Virus record (IMG/VR): IMGVR_UViG_2778261129_000006 | Strand: one strand, 5' to 3' | Length of the DNA: 19,350 nt | Source: a virus | Lineage: Duplodnaviria; Heunggongvirae; Uroviricota; Caudoviricetes | Shown here: one piece after another, positions 17,730-19,350 of the stretch | How positions within the stretch are numbered: position 1 is the stretch's first letter | Layout: each line of letters begins with the position of its first letter | Program-made: the position numbers and the translations under genes | The notes under the pieces: generated by a model | Told to the model about the DNA's origin: nothing | Database searches by the model: none | What the model saw: the letters and a program-made list of their open reading frames with translations, nothing else

Positions 17730-17753
17730 GCCCCTCAGTCGAGGGGCTTTTTT
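17730..17753 (+). terminator. Rho-independent terminator after ogr
   Basis: Stem gcccctc/gaggggc (17730-17736, 17741-17747) with a 4-nt loop, followed by T6 (17748-17753). Confidence 0.7.
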
Positions 17754-17754
17754 G

Positions 17755-17782
17755 TCGATGTGGTCAATGTGTGGACGTGACC
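17755..17782. repeat. Prophage-arm repeat region next to attR: 15-mer tcgatgtggtcaatg plus TGTGGACG; putative Int arm-type sites
   Basis: Contains TGTGGTCA and TGTGGACG 11 bp apart. The 15-mer is identical to 430-444. Confidence 0.45.
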
Positions 17783-17817
17783 AGAAATAAATCCTTTTAT
17801 TTCATTGTATTACGCGT

Positions 17818-17844
17818 AAAAAATAAGCCCGTGTAAGGGAGATT
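17818..17844. repeat. attR core AAAAAATAAGCCCGTGTAAGGGAGATT; coincides with the CyaR terminator
   Basis: 27-mer matching the recalled P2 att core. Direct repeat of 478-504. Confidence 0.8.
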
Positions 17845-17904
17845 ACACAGGCTAAGGAGGTGGTTCCTGGTACAGCTAGCATTTTATGGGTTATGTTTTT
17901 CAGC
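17818..17904 (-). ncRNA. cyaR: CyaR (RyeE) small regulatory RNA, about 87 nt, intact
   Basis: Minus-strand sequence GCUGAAAAACAUAACCCAUAAAAUGCUAGCUGUACCAGGAACCACCUCCUUAGCCUGUGUAAUCUCCCUUACACGGGCUUAUUUUUU recalled as CyaR. Terminator hairpin plus U-tract at the 3' end. Adjacent to yegQ as in E. coli. Confidence 0.85.
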
Positions 17905-17988
17905 GAAACGGATGATAACCTTAATAAATGCAGCTGTATGTGATCGGTTTCTAAGAATTTTCCATCCGGGAAAAATAATCGAAATTAA

Positions 17989-19350
17989 TCACTTACCGTG
18001 TGGGTTACGCGTGGTTTCCCCGGAGAAATTACGCATCAGCAGAGCGTAATTGAGCTCAAGATCCTGCGGGACCGGGAGCCACACAGTATAACCATCGCCT
18101 GGTGCGACCGGCATCGCTTCACCTTTGGCGTTTTCCATGTGCTCAAGGGTAAAGTTAATGTTGCCTTGCGGCGTCATCAGCTCAAGGCTGTCGCCAACGG
18201 AGAATTTATTTTTCACCGCTACCGCCGCGAGGTCCCCCTTGCGCTCACCGGTAAACTCACCAACAAACTGCTGGCGGTCAGAAACTGAATAACCGTATTC
18301 GTAGTTCTGATAATCGTCGTGAGTATGACGACGCAGGAAACCTTCGGTATAGCCACGATGCGCCAGACCTTCCAGAGTTTCCAGCAGGCTGGTATCGAAC
18401 GGTTTGCCCGCAGCGGCGTCATCGATAGCTTTACGGTAAACCTGTGCGGTGCGTGCGCAATAGTAGAAAGATTTAGTACGGCCTTCGATTTTCAGCGAAT
18501 GCACGCCCATTTTGGTCAGGCGTTCTACATGGGCGATGGCGCGCAGATCTTTCGAGTTCATGATGTAAGTGCCGTGCTCATCTTCAAACGCGGTCATATA
18601 CTCGCCCGGACGCTGGGCTTCTTCGATCATAAACACTTTGTCGGTTGGCGCGCCGATACCCAGCGTCGGCTCAACATTTTGCACCGGAATCGGCTCGTAC
18701 TTGTGTACGATGTTGCCAACGTCATCTTCTTTCCCTTCCTGGACGTTGTACTCCCAGCGGCAGGCGTTGGTGCAGGTACCCTGGTTCGGATCGCGCTTGT
18801 TGATATAGCCAGAGAGCAGGCAGCGACCGGAGTAGGCCATGCACAGTGCGCCGTGAACGAAGATCTCGATCTCCATATCCGGCACCTGATTGCGGATCTC
18901 TTCAATCTCTTCCAGCGACAGCTCGCGAGAGAGGATCACGCGGGTCAGGCCCATTTGCTGCCAGAATTTCACCGTCGCCCAGTTTACGGCGTTAGCCTGC
19001 ACCGAGAGGTGGATCGGCATTTCAGGGAAGTGCTCACGCACCAGCATAATCAGCCCTGGATCGGACATAATCAGCGCATCCGGCCCCATTTCCACCACCG
19101 GTTTCAGGTCACGGATAAAGGTTTTCAGCTTGGCGTTGTGCGGTGCAATGTTGACCACGACATAAAACTTTTTCCCCAGCGCGTGGGCTTCATTGATGCC
19201 GAGCTGAAGATTTTCGTGGTTGAATTCGTTGTTGCGCACACGCAGGGAGTAACGCGGCTGGCCCGCATAAACAGCATCTGCGCCATAAGCGAAAGCGTAA
19301 CGCATATTTTTCAGCGTTCCCGCCGGGGAAAGGAGTTCCGGTTTAAACAT
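17989..19350 (-). CDS. yegQ: Peptidase U32-family protein YegQ (453 aa); host flanking gene
   Basis: Full-length ORF from ATG at 19350 (window edge) to TGA at 17989-17991. Sequence recalled as E. coli YegQ, including the Cys-rich segment CTNACRWEY. Confidence 0.9.
   Translation of the reverse strand: MFKPELLSPAGTLKNMRYAFAYGADAVYAGQPRYSLRVRNNEFNHENLQLGINEAHALGKKFYVVVNIAPHNAKLKTFIRDLKPVVEMGPDALIMSDPGLIMLVREHFPEMPIHLSVQANAVNWATVKFWQQMGLTRVILSRELSLEEIEEIRNQVPDMEIEIFVHGALCMAYSGRCLLSGYINKRDPNQGTCTNACRWEYNVQEGKEDDVGNIVHKYEPIPVQNVEPTLGIGAPTDKVFMIEEAQRPGEYMTAFEDEHGTYIMNSKDLRAIAHVERLTKMGVHSLKIEGRTKSFYYCARTAQVYRKAIDDAAAGKPFDTSLLETLEGLAHRGYTEGFLRRHTHDDYQNYEYGYSVSDRQQFVGEFTGERKGDLAAVAVKNKFSVGDSLELMTPQGNINFTLEHMENAKGEAMPVAPGDGYTVWLPVPQDLELNYALLMRNFSGETTRNPHGK

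Noticed and set aside
17998-19165. ORFs antisense or out of frame within yegQ (17998-18288, 18219-18422, 18569-18808, 18627-18905, 18890-19165)
   Set aside because: yegQ is a full-length ORF with a recognizable sequence; the overlapping frames have no independent support.

Overview
This window appears to be an Escherichia-type chromosomal locus (yegR ... cyaR-yegQ) carrying a defective P2-like prophage integrated at the 3' end of the CyaR sRNA gene. It is not a P4-type satellite. All identifications rest on reading the translations and DNA motifs and on recalled family knowledge; no database search was run. The prophage runs from an attL core (478-504) to an attR core (17818-17844), and follows P2 prophage gene order: int, C repressor, cox, B, four small ORFs, replication protein A, a cargo slot, cos, portal Q, then tail genes FI, a FII/D fusion and ogr. 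Most structural genes are missing: P through S, W through G, and E/T/U are deleted, V is a fragment, and FII is fused in frame to the C-terminus of D. Three AT-rich cargo insertions sit in the GC-rich backbone. (1) At 6534-10225, in the tin/old slot between A and cos, a translationally coupled cassette: an alpha/beta-hydrolase effector protein, a small middle protein split across two frames, and an SMC/Rad50-like ABC ATPase. This architecture matches Lamassu / ABC-3C anti-phage systems and is the strongest candidate for a defense system here. (2) At 11527-12312, between Q and the V fragment, an orphan gene for a three-TM membrane protein. (3) At 13082-14391, in the slot before FI, a family-2 glycosyltransferase whose start overlaps a small leader ORF containing a (CTGG)8 tetranucleotide tract, where slippage by one unit would fuse the two ORFs. 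Host features: yegR lipoprotein (1-318), CyaR sRNA (17818-17904, minus) and yegQ (17989-19350, minus).
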